DNA of 43,242 nt from an uncultured Wenzhouxiangellaceae bacterium (GTDB taxonomy: Bacteria > Pseudomonadota > Gammaproteobacteria > Xanthomonadales > Wenzhouxiangellaceae), in assembly GCA_964534475.1 (NCBI GenBank), contig CAZHRH010000003.1:1-43242 (forward strand), given 5' to 3'. The notes beneath the pieces are model-generated. The model saw only the letters and a list, made by a program, of their open reading frames with translations. It ran no database searches and had not been told where the DNA came from. Position 1 is the stretch's first letter; each line of letters starts with the position of its first letter. Shown here piece after piece: positions 23,162 to 30,594 of the stretch. Position numbers and translations under genes: made by a program.

Positions 23162-23537
23162 GAGTCTGATTTCCGTGAATTGGATGGTTTCACTGACTGC
23201 TTGCCAACAGACAGCTTACAGAGTCGAGATTATAACAATCTCAGATCAGGACCATCGCCAGCACGACGGCAATTACCATCATTACTGCGATGAACAGAAA
23301 CAGTCCACCCAACGATTGATCGGCCTGCTTGCGCGCGGCCAGTTGCTGTTGCAATTGCTGCGCCTGGGCATCAGTCAACTCCAATTCTCAGGTTTACGGG
23401 TATACCAGTGGCCACAGCGAGGACAGCGCTTGCTGCGCTTGAATCTGGGTGGCAGAAATACCGGACTCACAAGAAGATCAATATAAATCGGATATCAGTA
23501 ATATAGCTCGCTACTGGAGCAAATGCGATCGCAAACA

Positions 23538-24296
23538 TCAGCGATAATCCGGATTTGGATGATCAAAGCGACAGCCTGCGGTCCAGGCCTGGCGATCGTT
23601 GCCATGCGACGGAATGCCGCCGGCGTCCTTCAGCAGGCGCGCCATGTGCATCAGATTCCAGGCCATGAAGGTGGTGTTGCGCTGGGTGAAATCATTGTCC
23701 ATGCCGATCGGCTGGCCAGCGTCGTCGGTGTCGCCGTAGCTCAGTCCCGGTCCGGCTTCACCGATCCAGCCGGCATCGGCCTGTGGCGGGATGGTATAGC
23801 CCAGATGCTGCAGCGCATACAGGATGGACATGGAGCAATGCTTGATGCCGTCCTCATTGCCGGTGATGATACAACCGCCGGTGCGACCGTAGTAGATCGA
23901 CTGGTTGTGGGCATTCAGCTTGCCGGATTCACCGTACAAACGCTCGATGATAACGCGACACACCGAAGACTCCTCTCCCAGCCAGATCGGCGTGCCGATG
24001 ACGAGAATGTTGGCCTGCATGACCTGTTCGCACAGCGCCGGCCAGTCGTCACGATCAAAACCATGTTCGCGCATGTCAGGGTAAACACCAAACGGTAGCG
24101 TCAGATCGGCGGCACGAACCATCTCGCAGCTCACACCATTGCGGGTCATGATGGTCTGTGCAACCTGCATCAGGTCTTCGGTGTGCGACTTTTCGCGCGA
24201 TGGCTTCAGCGTGCAGTTGATGAACAGCGCCGACAGATCAGAAAAATCGAAGTCGTGGTTTTCGCACAGCGCCTGCTGATTTTCATTCAGATTCAT
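23538..24296 (-). CDS. Flavodoxin-like NAD(P)H-dependent FMN reductase family protein
   Basis: The pattern FINCTLKPS...ILVIGTPIWLGEESSVCRVIIERLY is typical of FMN_red/flavodoxin-fold oxidoreductases. I prefer the ATG at 24296 (MNLNENQQ) over the upstream in-frame ATG at 24371. Confidence 0.75.
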   Translation of the reverse strand: MNLNENQQALCENHDFDFSDLSALFINCTLKPSREKSHTEDLMQVAQTIMTRNGVSCEMVRAADLTLPFGVYPDMREHGFDRDDWPALCEQVMQANILVIGTPIWLGEESSVCRVIIERLYGESGKLNAHNQSIYYGRTGGCIITGNEDGIKHCSMSILYALQHLGYTIPPQADAGWIGEAGPGLSYGDTDDAGQPIGMDNDFTQRNTTFMAWNLMHMARLLKDAGGIPSHGNDRQAWTAGCRFDHPNPDYR

Positions 24297-24443
24297 AGCA
24301 CAGTCCTGACGATTGAGACAGTAATGATGAGCATGCCTTGGTGATGCTGCATTGTAAAGCATCATCCGCATGGCAGATTGCTACCATCTGCACTCAGATA
24401 ATGTGCATTCTAACGGCAGACAGTCCGCATGTAACACCCGCAT

Positions 24444-24733
24444 TCAAGCCGCGCGCATGCGCTGGCGATCCAGCGCCTGCTGCAGATCGGCAATGATGTC
24501 CGCCGGGGTTTCCAGTCCCACAGAAAACCGCACCAGACCATCGCTGATGCCGTGTGCGGCGCGTTCTGCGACCGAATAGGTTGAGAGTGTGTCATGCTGG
24601 CCGGATGCTGTATCAGGCTTTCAGCGTCACCCAGCGAGACCGCGCGCTGCACCAGTTGCAGTGCGTTCATGAATTGCATGCCTGCGGCCATGCCGCCGTG
24701 CAGCTCGAGCGCGCTTGCGTATGGCATGGTCAT
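24444..24733 (-). pseudogene. C-terminal remnant of a Cys/Met-metabolism PLP enzyme (homoserine sulfhydrylase / cystathionine gamma-synthase family), 5'-truncated and frameshifted
   Basis: One frame reads [44 protein letters not shown] second frame continues [46 protein letters not shown]. Together these form the conserved C-terminal quarter of the family. The roughly 290 N-terminal residues are absent, and repeats begin just upstream. Confidence 0.75.
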
Positions 24734-24779
24734 GCATGCGCGGTCGTTTCCGGCGTGAGCTCGGGATCGACTTTTATTG

Positions 24780-24915
24780 ATCCACAGATTACGCAGATTA
24801 CACAGAAATGATGCAGAGATTAGCCGGTTGCTCCCGGTCTTACCCTGTCTGTCAGGCTTGCCTGGTGGCTTGCTGCGAGATGAACCAATCTGTGTAATCG
24901 GTGCAATCTGTGGAT
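24780..24915. mobile_element. MITE-like element, copy 1 (136 bp, 26-bp terminal inverted repeats)
   Basis: The left end is ATCCACAGATTACGCAGATTACACAG. The right end is CTGTGTAATCGGTGCAATCTGTGGAT. The ends match at 23/26 positions when reverse-complemented. The element has no coding capacity, and a near-identical second copy lies 387 bp away. Confidence 0.6.
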
Positions 24916-25031
24916 TTACTCCTGCTAGATGCGGATTTTATGCAACCACAGGATTCACATGGCATAGCCTTGAGTGATAGCAGGTTTGCCTATCGCATGG
25001 TCGTGCATGCTCGGTCGTTCCCCCACCCCAG

Positions 25032-25055
25032 CCCTCCCCCGCGTACGGGGGAGGG
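25032..25055. repeat. GC-rich REP-like hairpin CCCTCCCCC-GCGTAC-GGGGGAGGG
   Basis: A perfect 9-bp stem is read from the sequence, embedded in ccccaccccagccctccccc. It resembles the widespread extragenic hairpins that yield spurious GEG-rich peptides. Confidence 0.5.
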
Positions 25056-25166
25056 AGTTTCCCAGCCGCTGTTGTATTGATCAATATCCTGCTCGCTCCT
25101 TACGACCTTCGATTTCATCGAAGTGGCAGAATCAGTGCAATCTGTGGTTTATCTATTGTTTTATTG

Positions 25167-25306
25167 ATCCACAGATTACGCAGATTACACAGCAATAATG
25201 CCGAGATTTGCCGCTTGCTCCCGGTCTTACCCGGCCTACCTGTCAGGCTTGCCTGGTGGCTTGCTGCAAGATGAACCAATCTGTGTCATCGGTGCAATCT
25301 GTGGAT
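25167..25306. mobile_element. MITE-like element, copy 2 (140 bp)
   Basis: The left TIR is the same as in copy 1. The right TIR is CTGTGTCATCGGTGCAATCTGTGGAT, matching at 22/26 positions. The interior aligns with copy 1 at most positions, with one 4-nt indel. A solo right-end fragment (aatcagtgcaatctgtgg) lies at 25130-25148. Confidence 0.6.
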
Positions 25307-25324
25307 TTTTATCTTTATACGTTA

Positions 25325-27034
25325 TCAGGGAATAATCCAGTCGGTTACAGCAGCAATATAGTCGGGTTGCTGATCAGCCGGTTTGACGATGTAGCCACCT
25401 TTTGACAGGTAGCGCTGATCCGGCCCAAGCGACAAGCGCGGGTACAAGCCGGGATTCTTGCTGCCCTCGACTTCGTGTTCGATCAGTTCAAGAAAGTAAT
25501 CACGATGAAAGTTGTTGAAGATGTGACGCATGGCGTCGAACACGATCATCATGCCGTAATGCGCCTTGAAGTGCAGGCGCTGATCAATGACTTCCAGCCC
25601 GCGCGAATTCATCCAGCCCTGTATGCGGTAGGTTTCCGGATAATAGCCGCTGGCCAGCGCGCGCGGATAGGTGAAGTAGACCTGGTCGGCCAGATCAGTG
25701 GCGAGCAGCGTTTGCGCGGCGCCGGCGGCGGCTTGTGGCAGCAGCAGTCGGACCTCACCAAGATCCTGCTGAGACAGTACCTGCAGCAGCGCATCTGCGT
25801 TGGAATCCGGCCAGATGACAAGCGTGTCAGCCGCCCGTATCCGTTCCAGATTAGCATTGACGAAGGCGGTCAGATCAACTCCAGCAGGATACTGCTGCAG
25901 TTTCTGCAGTTTGATCTGATCATGCTCACGCAGCAGTTCACGGAAGTAATCCGCCGGAATCCTGCCGCGATCACTGGCGGCATGCCAGACCAGGACATCA
26001 TGTCGCTTGTCCGGTGGCGGTGTGCTGAGGTAATCCAGCATCAGTTCCGCTTCCAGATACAGGCCACGGTCGTAATACACCGTGTATTGGCCTTCGGCAT
26101 CGACAATGGCCGGAAAGTCGGTGATCGGCAATATACATGGTATGCCTTCATCGTTGCAGAATTGAGCGATCGGTGACCAGCTTCCCACCACCATGCCGTT
26201 AATCAGTGCGAAGGCCGGTTGCTTGTCCTGTTTCGCTTCCAGTTGCGCGCGCCAGGTGGAGGCATCACCTTGCAGCCGCCATGGGTGCAACTTCAGCTTG
26301 CGCAGCCAGTCACGCACATCGGCGCCGTCATACGGAAAAAACTGATTCATGCGCTGATCGCCGCCGATGCGCTCATTCATCCAGGTGACAAAGGCGTCCA
26401 TGGTGGCCAGCACCGCATCGACTCGCTGCGCGTCAACTTCCGGTCCGATCACCACTGCGTAATGAATGTGCGTATCGTCCACTCCCGGGGATTTATCAGC
26501 AGACAGGGTCTGCAAATAGGCATACAGATTGGCCATGTCACGCTCATCGAGCTGATAGCGCGGCATCAGATCCTGAAAACGGTTGTCGCCGGGATCAACC
26601 CCGGTGGCCATTGCCGTGTGCAGTGTTTCCATGGTGTAGGCCGGGCGTATACGCGGTGAACGCACATAGGCGCTCTGGCGCGCCGATTGTGGATCAATGA
26701 ACAGCGCGCGGTAGCGATCACTGCGTTGCATGCGGCGTGGCTCGAACAAATAGTTGGCAGTGATGGGTGGAATGTAATAGCCGCCTTCACTGGCACCAAA
26801 GCCGCTGCGTCGATGACATCTGGTGCAGGCAAAATCGCCGCCTGATAGCTCAATATCACCCTGCCCCAGCGCCGTGATCGGCGCGCCAGCGTGTCCGATG
26901 CCCTGTTCATATATGCGTTTGCCGAGTTCAGCATTTCCTGCCGTACTTTCTTCCGCCGGCAGCGGAAAAACAATCAGGCCGCAAAAAAGAACTGCCGTGG
27001 TGAACACGGCAGTCCGAAGCTTTGTATTGGTCAT
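25325..27034 (-). CDS. Secreted fusion protein: N-terminal monohaem cytochrome c domain plus C-terminal type-1 periplasmic binding-protein (LivK-like) domain
   Basis: It has a signal peptide (MTNTKLRTAVFTTAVLFCGLIVFPLPA). A single CTRCH haem motif is followed by a class I-like C-terminal helix (DLMPRY...MANLYAYLQTL). The remaining roughly 390 aa show an alternating beta-alpha pattern resembling PBP1 solute-binding proteins (ALINGMVVGSWSPIAQFCNDEGIPCILP). Confidence 0.7.
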   Translation of the reverse strand: MTNTKLRTAVFTTAVLFCGLIVFPLPAEESTAGNAELGKRIYEQGIGHAGAPITALGQGDIELSGGDFACTRCHRRSGFGASEGGYYIPPITANYLFEPRRMQRSDRYRALFIDPQSARQSAYVRSPRIRPAYTMETLHTAMATGVDPGDNRFQDLMPRYQLDERDMANLYAYLQTLSADKSPGVDDTHIHYAVVIGPEVDAQRVDAVLATMDAFVTWMNERIGGDQRMNQFFPYDGADVRDWLRKLKLHPWRLQGDASTWRAQLEAKQDKQPAFALINGMVVGSWSPIAQFCNDEGIPCILPITDFPAIVDAEGQYTVYYDRGLYLEAELMLDYLSTPPPDKRHDVLVWHAASDRGRIPADYFRELLREHDQIKLQKLQQYPAGVDLTAFVNANLERIRAADTLVIWPDSNADALLQVLSQQDLGEVRLLLPQAAAGAAQTLLATDLADQVYFTYPRALASGYYPETYRIQGWMNSRGLEVIDQRLHFKAHYGMMIVFDAMRHIFNNFHRDYFLELIEHEVEGSKNPGLYPRLSLGPDQRYLSKGGYIVKPADQQPDYIAAVTDWIIP

Positions 27035-27045
27035 GATTTAATCGC

Positions 27046-27699
27046 TCAGCGGCTGGCCATGGCTGCTTGCTGCGCCAGGCGCTTGGCACGCTGGTACTCG
27101 CTGGCAATGGCTTTGCCGGTCATCATGCCGTCAAAGCGCAGCCATTCATTACTGTCATCCACGCGCATCAACGTGATCGGCTGATGATTCATTTTGTTGC
27201 CGCCTTCATAGACCGAGTCCACAGCCTGCAGCAATGCATGGATGGCATCGACTTCACCAGTGAGAAAATGCACTTTGGAGCCGGTTTCAAAACGCTCGGC
27301 ATAACTGCTCAGACGTTCCGGCGTGTCGTACTCCGGATCCAGCGACACCAGATAAATGGCGTAATCCGGATCAATCGGATCAAGACCTTTGGTGGCGCTG
27401 GCCATGGTCGCCGATATCATCGGACAGACACCGGCACAGGAGGTAAATACAAAGCTGACGATGGCAGATTCCTGCACTGCAAATAGCTCGGCGACATTGA
27501 CCTGATCGCCATGGGCGGTGGTCAACATGACCTGCGGAACTTCATAGGCATGTGAACTGCGCACGTAGGACTGGTGTTTTTTTGCCTTGGCAGGCTGAGC
27601 GTTATCGGCAGTCTCCACGGCAAAACCCTCATTGGCGGTAAGCAACAACACCACCAGCACCCATGCCAGTATTTTGATTGTAGAAGTAAGTATGTTCAT
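27046..27699 (-). CDS. SCO1/SenC-family copper chaperone (thioredoxin fold, CxxxC)
   Basis: FVFTSCAGVCP carries the CxxxC motif. SLDPEYDTPERLSSYAERF and a downstream His (NHQPITL) are present. It has an N-terminal signal/anchor (MNILTSTIKILAWVLVVLLLTA). The ATG at 27699 has an AGGAAG RBS, whereas the track start (TTG at 27756) has none. Confidence 0.85.
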   Translation of the reverse strand: MNILTSTIKILAWVLVVLLLTANEGFAVETADNAQPAKAKKHQSYVRSSHAYEVPQVMLTTAHGDQVNVAELFAVQESAIVSFVFTSCAGVCPMISATMASATKGLDPIDPDYAIYLVSLDPEYDTPERLSSYAERFETGSKVHFLTGEVDAIHALLQAVDSVYEGGNKMNHQPITLMRVDDSNEWLRFDGMMTGKAIASEYQRAKRLAQQAAMASR

Positions 27700-27756
27700 A
27701 GCTTCCTGTATGTTTTTGCTGTTTTTATGGTTATGTTTATGGTGTTCAGTGGACAA

Positions 27757-27784
27757 TGAAACTGCCGCGCCAGTGGCGCGGCAG
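27757..27784 (-). terminator. Strong GC hairpin (11-bp arms) followed by a TTTCATTG tract, between the orphan gene and SCO1
   Basis: CTGCCGCGCCA-G-TGGCGCGGCAG at 27762-27784 lies 13 nt after the orphan gene stop codon. On the minus strand it is followed by TTTCATTG. It could act as a partial terminator/attenuator or as an mRNA-stabilising stem. Confidence 0.45.
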
Positions 27785-27797
27785 CAGGGAAATCAGA

Positions 27798-29759
27798 TCA
27801 GTGGACTGACCAGATATTCATATCATGGTGCAGCGGATCGAACTGATACATGGTGATACGCTGCGACGGCTCGTAATTGAAGTTCAAAATGACGTTATGC
27901 ACACCAAGACCTCCCTCATCACCGTCTGCTGTCAATTTACCGGGTGCCACACCCAGCGCCTGAGCGCTGGCAGCACGAAGCAGTGAAGCATCCGGCGTCT
28001 TGCGCGTTGTGGTATTGCGCACATCCAGCCAGCTCGGCGTCAGGTGATAGTTCTGCGCCTCGCCTTTGCTGTTCAGCACCGGAAGATTCTCGGAACGACC
28101 CGGTCCACCGAGGATGGCCAGTGTCTCTTCAATGGTCATACCCGGTGAGCCATCCGGCAGCGGCGCTGGCGGCACCATGGGCGGCATGGGAATCTGTGGC
28201 CACCAGTGTACGCGGCCGAAGGTGAACCAGGGGCCGGCGCCGCCTATGGGGATGGTGTTCTGGAAGGTGTTTTCCCAGCCGCGCATGCCGCCGAAGTCGA
28301 CCATCTGGTAAGCATGTACGAAATGGTCAGCATTCAGCAGCTTAACCTTGATCTGGTCACCGCGCTTGCGGAATGGAACCAGCTTTTCATTGTCCCGCAC
28401 CGAGCCTTTGACATTGCCATACAGGGTATTGTTGGCAAACAACAGGGTCATGTCGTCATCCGGATCAGCCTGAATGCCGGACGGGAGTCTGATCTTGTTC
28501 TGCCAGTCATCAAAGGCTGCCTCGAATGCGGCAACGTCAGCCGCACCCACGGCACCACCGGCGTCACGCATTTCGCGCAGGATATTCCACATGCGTTTGG
28601 CCGGAGCAATGTCACCAATCATGGCGATGGCTGCCAGTTTGTTTTCTTCGCTGGCAGTGGGTTCCGGACCGAACACAATGCTTTCCCATTCAGGACGCGG
28701 CATGCCGCCAGCCGGGATCAGGGCATTTTCGATCACCTGCACACGCGGAGGATGGATGCGCCAACCCCAGAAGTAGGTCAGGTTCCACATGCGTCCAGGC
28801 TGCATCTGCATTTCGAACGTGGTACGGGTACCGTCTTCCATCGGGAAGAAGGTTGTATCCATGGCCACATGCGGTGCCGGAGCGCCGAGTACTGCCGGAT
28901 CATCAAAAACCATATTAAATGGTGCGAAATCTTCATGCCCACGGTTTAGCGTGTCGGCATGCACCACCATGGTCCAGGGCACGTCGAGCACCGGTGTCGG
29001 GTCGATGTAGGAAGTGTCGGACATGATGCGCTGATCAAACCAGACCTGATGCACTTCGATGCGACCACCGATCACATTGCCATCGGCATCGAGCTCCAGT
29101 TCGAAGTCTCCCGGTCCACGCACCTTGTCTGGTCCGTTGTAGTGCAGCATCGGCATACCGGAATAGGCACGATCAATGTCATTGCCTTCCATGATGTCGA
29201 TAGCAAACTGAATATCCGCAGCACTCACAGACTGACCGCTTTCAATGGCTGTCTGCATGTTCTTCAGAATGCCGCGCAGATCGTCGGTCGGCGACAGTGG
29301 ATTGATTTCCGATACCACCGGATCCGGATGCAGGTTGTATGGATCTTCCGGTGTCGATGGCAATGTATTCGGAATTTCCGCACCACCGGTAGCTGTGGCA
29401 TTTTCATACACAGTTGGACACAGATTGGTCGGAATATCATCGTCCGCGCTGGATGGCGCGAAGAACGACTCCGGAGTGGTGATGGTTGATGTCATGCCGT
29501 CGTCACTGGTAACGATGGTGCTTGGTGCTGCCGGACGCGGCCGCACACCAGGGTGTCCCGGGCAGGCGTCAGCCGAAACCTCTGGTGGGAAAGTGCCTGT
29601 GCCTGGTGGCGGTACCACAGGTAAGCCGCAACCCGGGATAGTGATACCCAACAATATTTGCAGCAGCTCACATCCGGCACCACCTTGATTGGCGGGTTGC
29701 GCTTGCGCTTGCTGCCAGGCAAATCCGCAGACTAGCATTGCTGTGATGATTTTTTTCAT
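27798..29759 (-). CDS. Orphan secreted protein (about 650 aa), no family recognised
   Basis: The long ORF has coding-like composition. A Sec signal MKKIITAMLVCGFAWQQAQA precedes QP. The ATG at 29759 has a GAGAG upstream. Alternative coupled starts (GTG at 29816, ATG at 29813) overlap the upstream stop. I recognise no motif from any characterised family. Confidence 0.7.
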   Translation of the reverse strand: MKKIITAMLVCGFAWQQAQAQPANQGGAGCELLQILLGITIPGCGLPVVPPPGTGTFPPEVSADACPGHPGVRPRPAAPSTIVTSDDGMTSTITTPESFFAPSSADDDIPTNLCPTVYENATATGGAEIPNTLPSTPEDPYNLHPDPVVSEINPLSPTDDLRGILKNMQTAIESGQSVSAADIQFAIDIMEGNDIDRAYSGMPMLHYNGPDKVRGPGDFELELDADGNVIGGRIEVHQVWFDQRIMSDTSYIDPTPVLDVPWTMVVHADTLNRGHEDFAPFNMVFDDPAVLGAPAPHVAMDTTFFPMEDGTRTTFEMQMQPGRMWNLTYFWGWRIHPPRVQVIENALIPAGGMPRPEWESIVFGPEPTASEENKLAAIAMIGDIAPAKRMWNILREMRDAGGAVGAADVAAFEAAFDDWQNKIRLPSGIQADPDDDMTLLFANNTLYGNVKGSVRDNEKLVPFRKRGDQIKVKLLNADHFVHAYQMVDFGGMRGWENTFQNTIPIGGAGPWFTFGRVHWWPQIPMPPMVPPAPLPDGSPGMTIEETLAILGGPGRSENLPVLNSKGEAQNYHLTPSWLDVRNTTTRKTPDASLLRAASAQALGVAPGKLTADGDEGGLGVHNVILNFNYEPSQRITMYQFDPLHHDMNIWSVH

Positions 29760-29812
29760 GACTTTGGCTCTCGTTTGTTTTAGTTTTAAGTTGTCAGGGC
29801 TGTAATTCTTCA

Positions 29813-30592
29813 TCACACCCTCCCCGGCTCAGCGTTGTCATAAATTGCGCCCTGCGTGTTCAGCCGCCGTGGGCCGGCCTGGCGCATCTGTGCCTGTGTT
29901 GGCACAGCTCTGGGTATGACCGATGCAATCCGCCGGCGCGACAATTCCAGATCCTGATACATGGAACCGACTGTGGCCCATAAACCAGACGCTGCATTGC
30001 CGTAGTGGATCAGATCAGCATCCAACTTGCGATGCGGTCTGCCCTCGGCACGATACAGTTTCAACCCAAGAGCAACCACGGAATCGGCATCGGCAGTGAG
30101 GAAACGCCAGCCTTCCGGAGCATCAAACTGCTTCGCGAACTCGGCCAGTCGCTCCGGCGTATCGTTGTTGGAGTCATAGCTGATGGAAAAGACATGCAGG
30201 TCCTTGCCGATCTTGTCGGCAAAGGAATGTACCAGTCTTGCTACCTGTGCTGTTACCGGATAATCGGCTTCTGCCTCGATTGACATGAAGTTGATCATCA
30301 CCACCCGATCCTGAATCAGATCAGCAAAAAATCGATGCTGCTGATTCTCGTGATCGGTGACGGTGACGTCAGGGAACCTGGCGGCGGCAACCCGACGCAG
30401 AGTGTCCTCGCTGCACTGCTGGATGTCCATCTCACCGGCGCGACCGAAGGCCAACGCCGGTAAAGTGGCTGCTGCCACCGCTGCTGGTAGTGATGCCAGC
30501 AACTTGCGGCGTGCTGAAGTCGCCCTGCTGGCTTTGGCGTCAGGTGCTGCCGGCTCGGTATCGACTTTAATTGTTGCATTGCTCTGAGTCAT
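29813..30592 (-). CDS. Tat-signal SCO-fold protein lacking the CxxxC copper-binding motif
   Basis: It has a twin-arginine motif (SARRKLLASLPAAVAAATLPALAFG). SCO-like blocks are present (ISYDSNNDTPERLAEFAKQF, WRFLTADADSV). The position of F-x-x-C-x-x-x-C-P reads FMSIEAEADYP. The ATG at 30592 lies 2 nt after the MCO stop. Confidence 0.7.
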   Translation of the reverse strand: MTQSNATIKVDTEPAAPDAKASRATSARRKLLASLPAAVAAATLPALAFGRAGEMDIQQCSEDTLRRVAAARFPDVTVTDHENQQHRFFADLIQDRVVMINFMSIEAEADYPVTAQVARLVHSFADKIGKDLHVFSISYDSNNDTPERLAEFAKQFDAPEGWRFLTADADSVVALGLKLYRAEGRPHRKLDADLIHYGNAASGLWATVGSMYQDLELSRRRIASVIPRAVPTQAQMRQAGPRRLNTQGAIYDNAEPGRV

Positions 30593-30594
30593 GA

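Noticed and set aside
23241-23384. A 47-codon minus-strand ORF upstream of gabD. It encodes a Gln-rich helix followed by a C-terminal TM segment (...QSLGGLFLFIAVMMVIAVVLAMVLI*).
   Set aside because: - Only TTG starts are available, with poor RBS spacing.
- It is too short to support from sequence alone.
- I kept it as a note and did not call it as a feature. Ribosome profiling or conservation analysis would be needed.
25032-25041. A 10-nt identity (CCCTCCCCCG) between the repeat-block hairpin and the 3' part of tRNA-Leu (about 32816-32825). I considered it as a possible att-site direct repeat delimiting an island.
   Set aside because: - It is too short and too low in complexity.
- The cluster lies on the 5' side of the tRNA rather than the 3' side.
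- It is most likely coincidence.
24724-25320. Possible CRISPR array, because of repeated ~26-30-bp sequences.
   Set aside because: - There are only two full units.
- The repeats occur as inverted pairs bounding homologous interiors, which is MITE architecture.
- Spacing is irregular.
- There are no cas genes in the window.
24777-25405. Small plus-strand ORFs (65-74 aa) across the repeat block, including one reading ...PTPALPRVRGREF...
   Set aside because: - They are read-throughs of the MITE copies and of the GC hairpin.
- Near-identical peptide segments arise simply because the DNA is repeated.
27700-27756. An in-frame His-rich N-terminal extension (STEHHKHNHKNSK) of SCO1, if the TTG at 27756 is used as the start. 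It is tempting to read it as a metal-binding tail.
   Set aside because: - There is no Shine-Dalgarno sequence before the TTG.
- The extension would precede the signal/anchor helix, on the cytoplasmic side.
- The ATG at 27699 has a good AGGAAG RBS.
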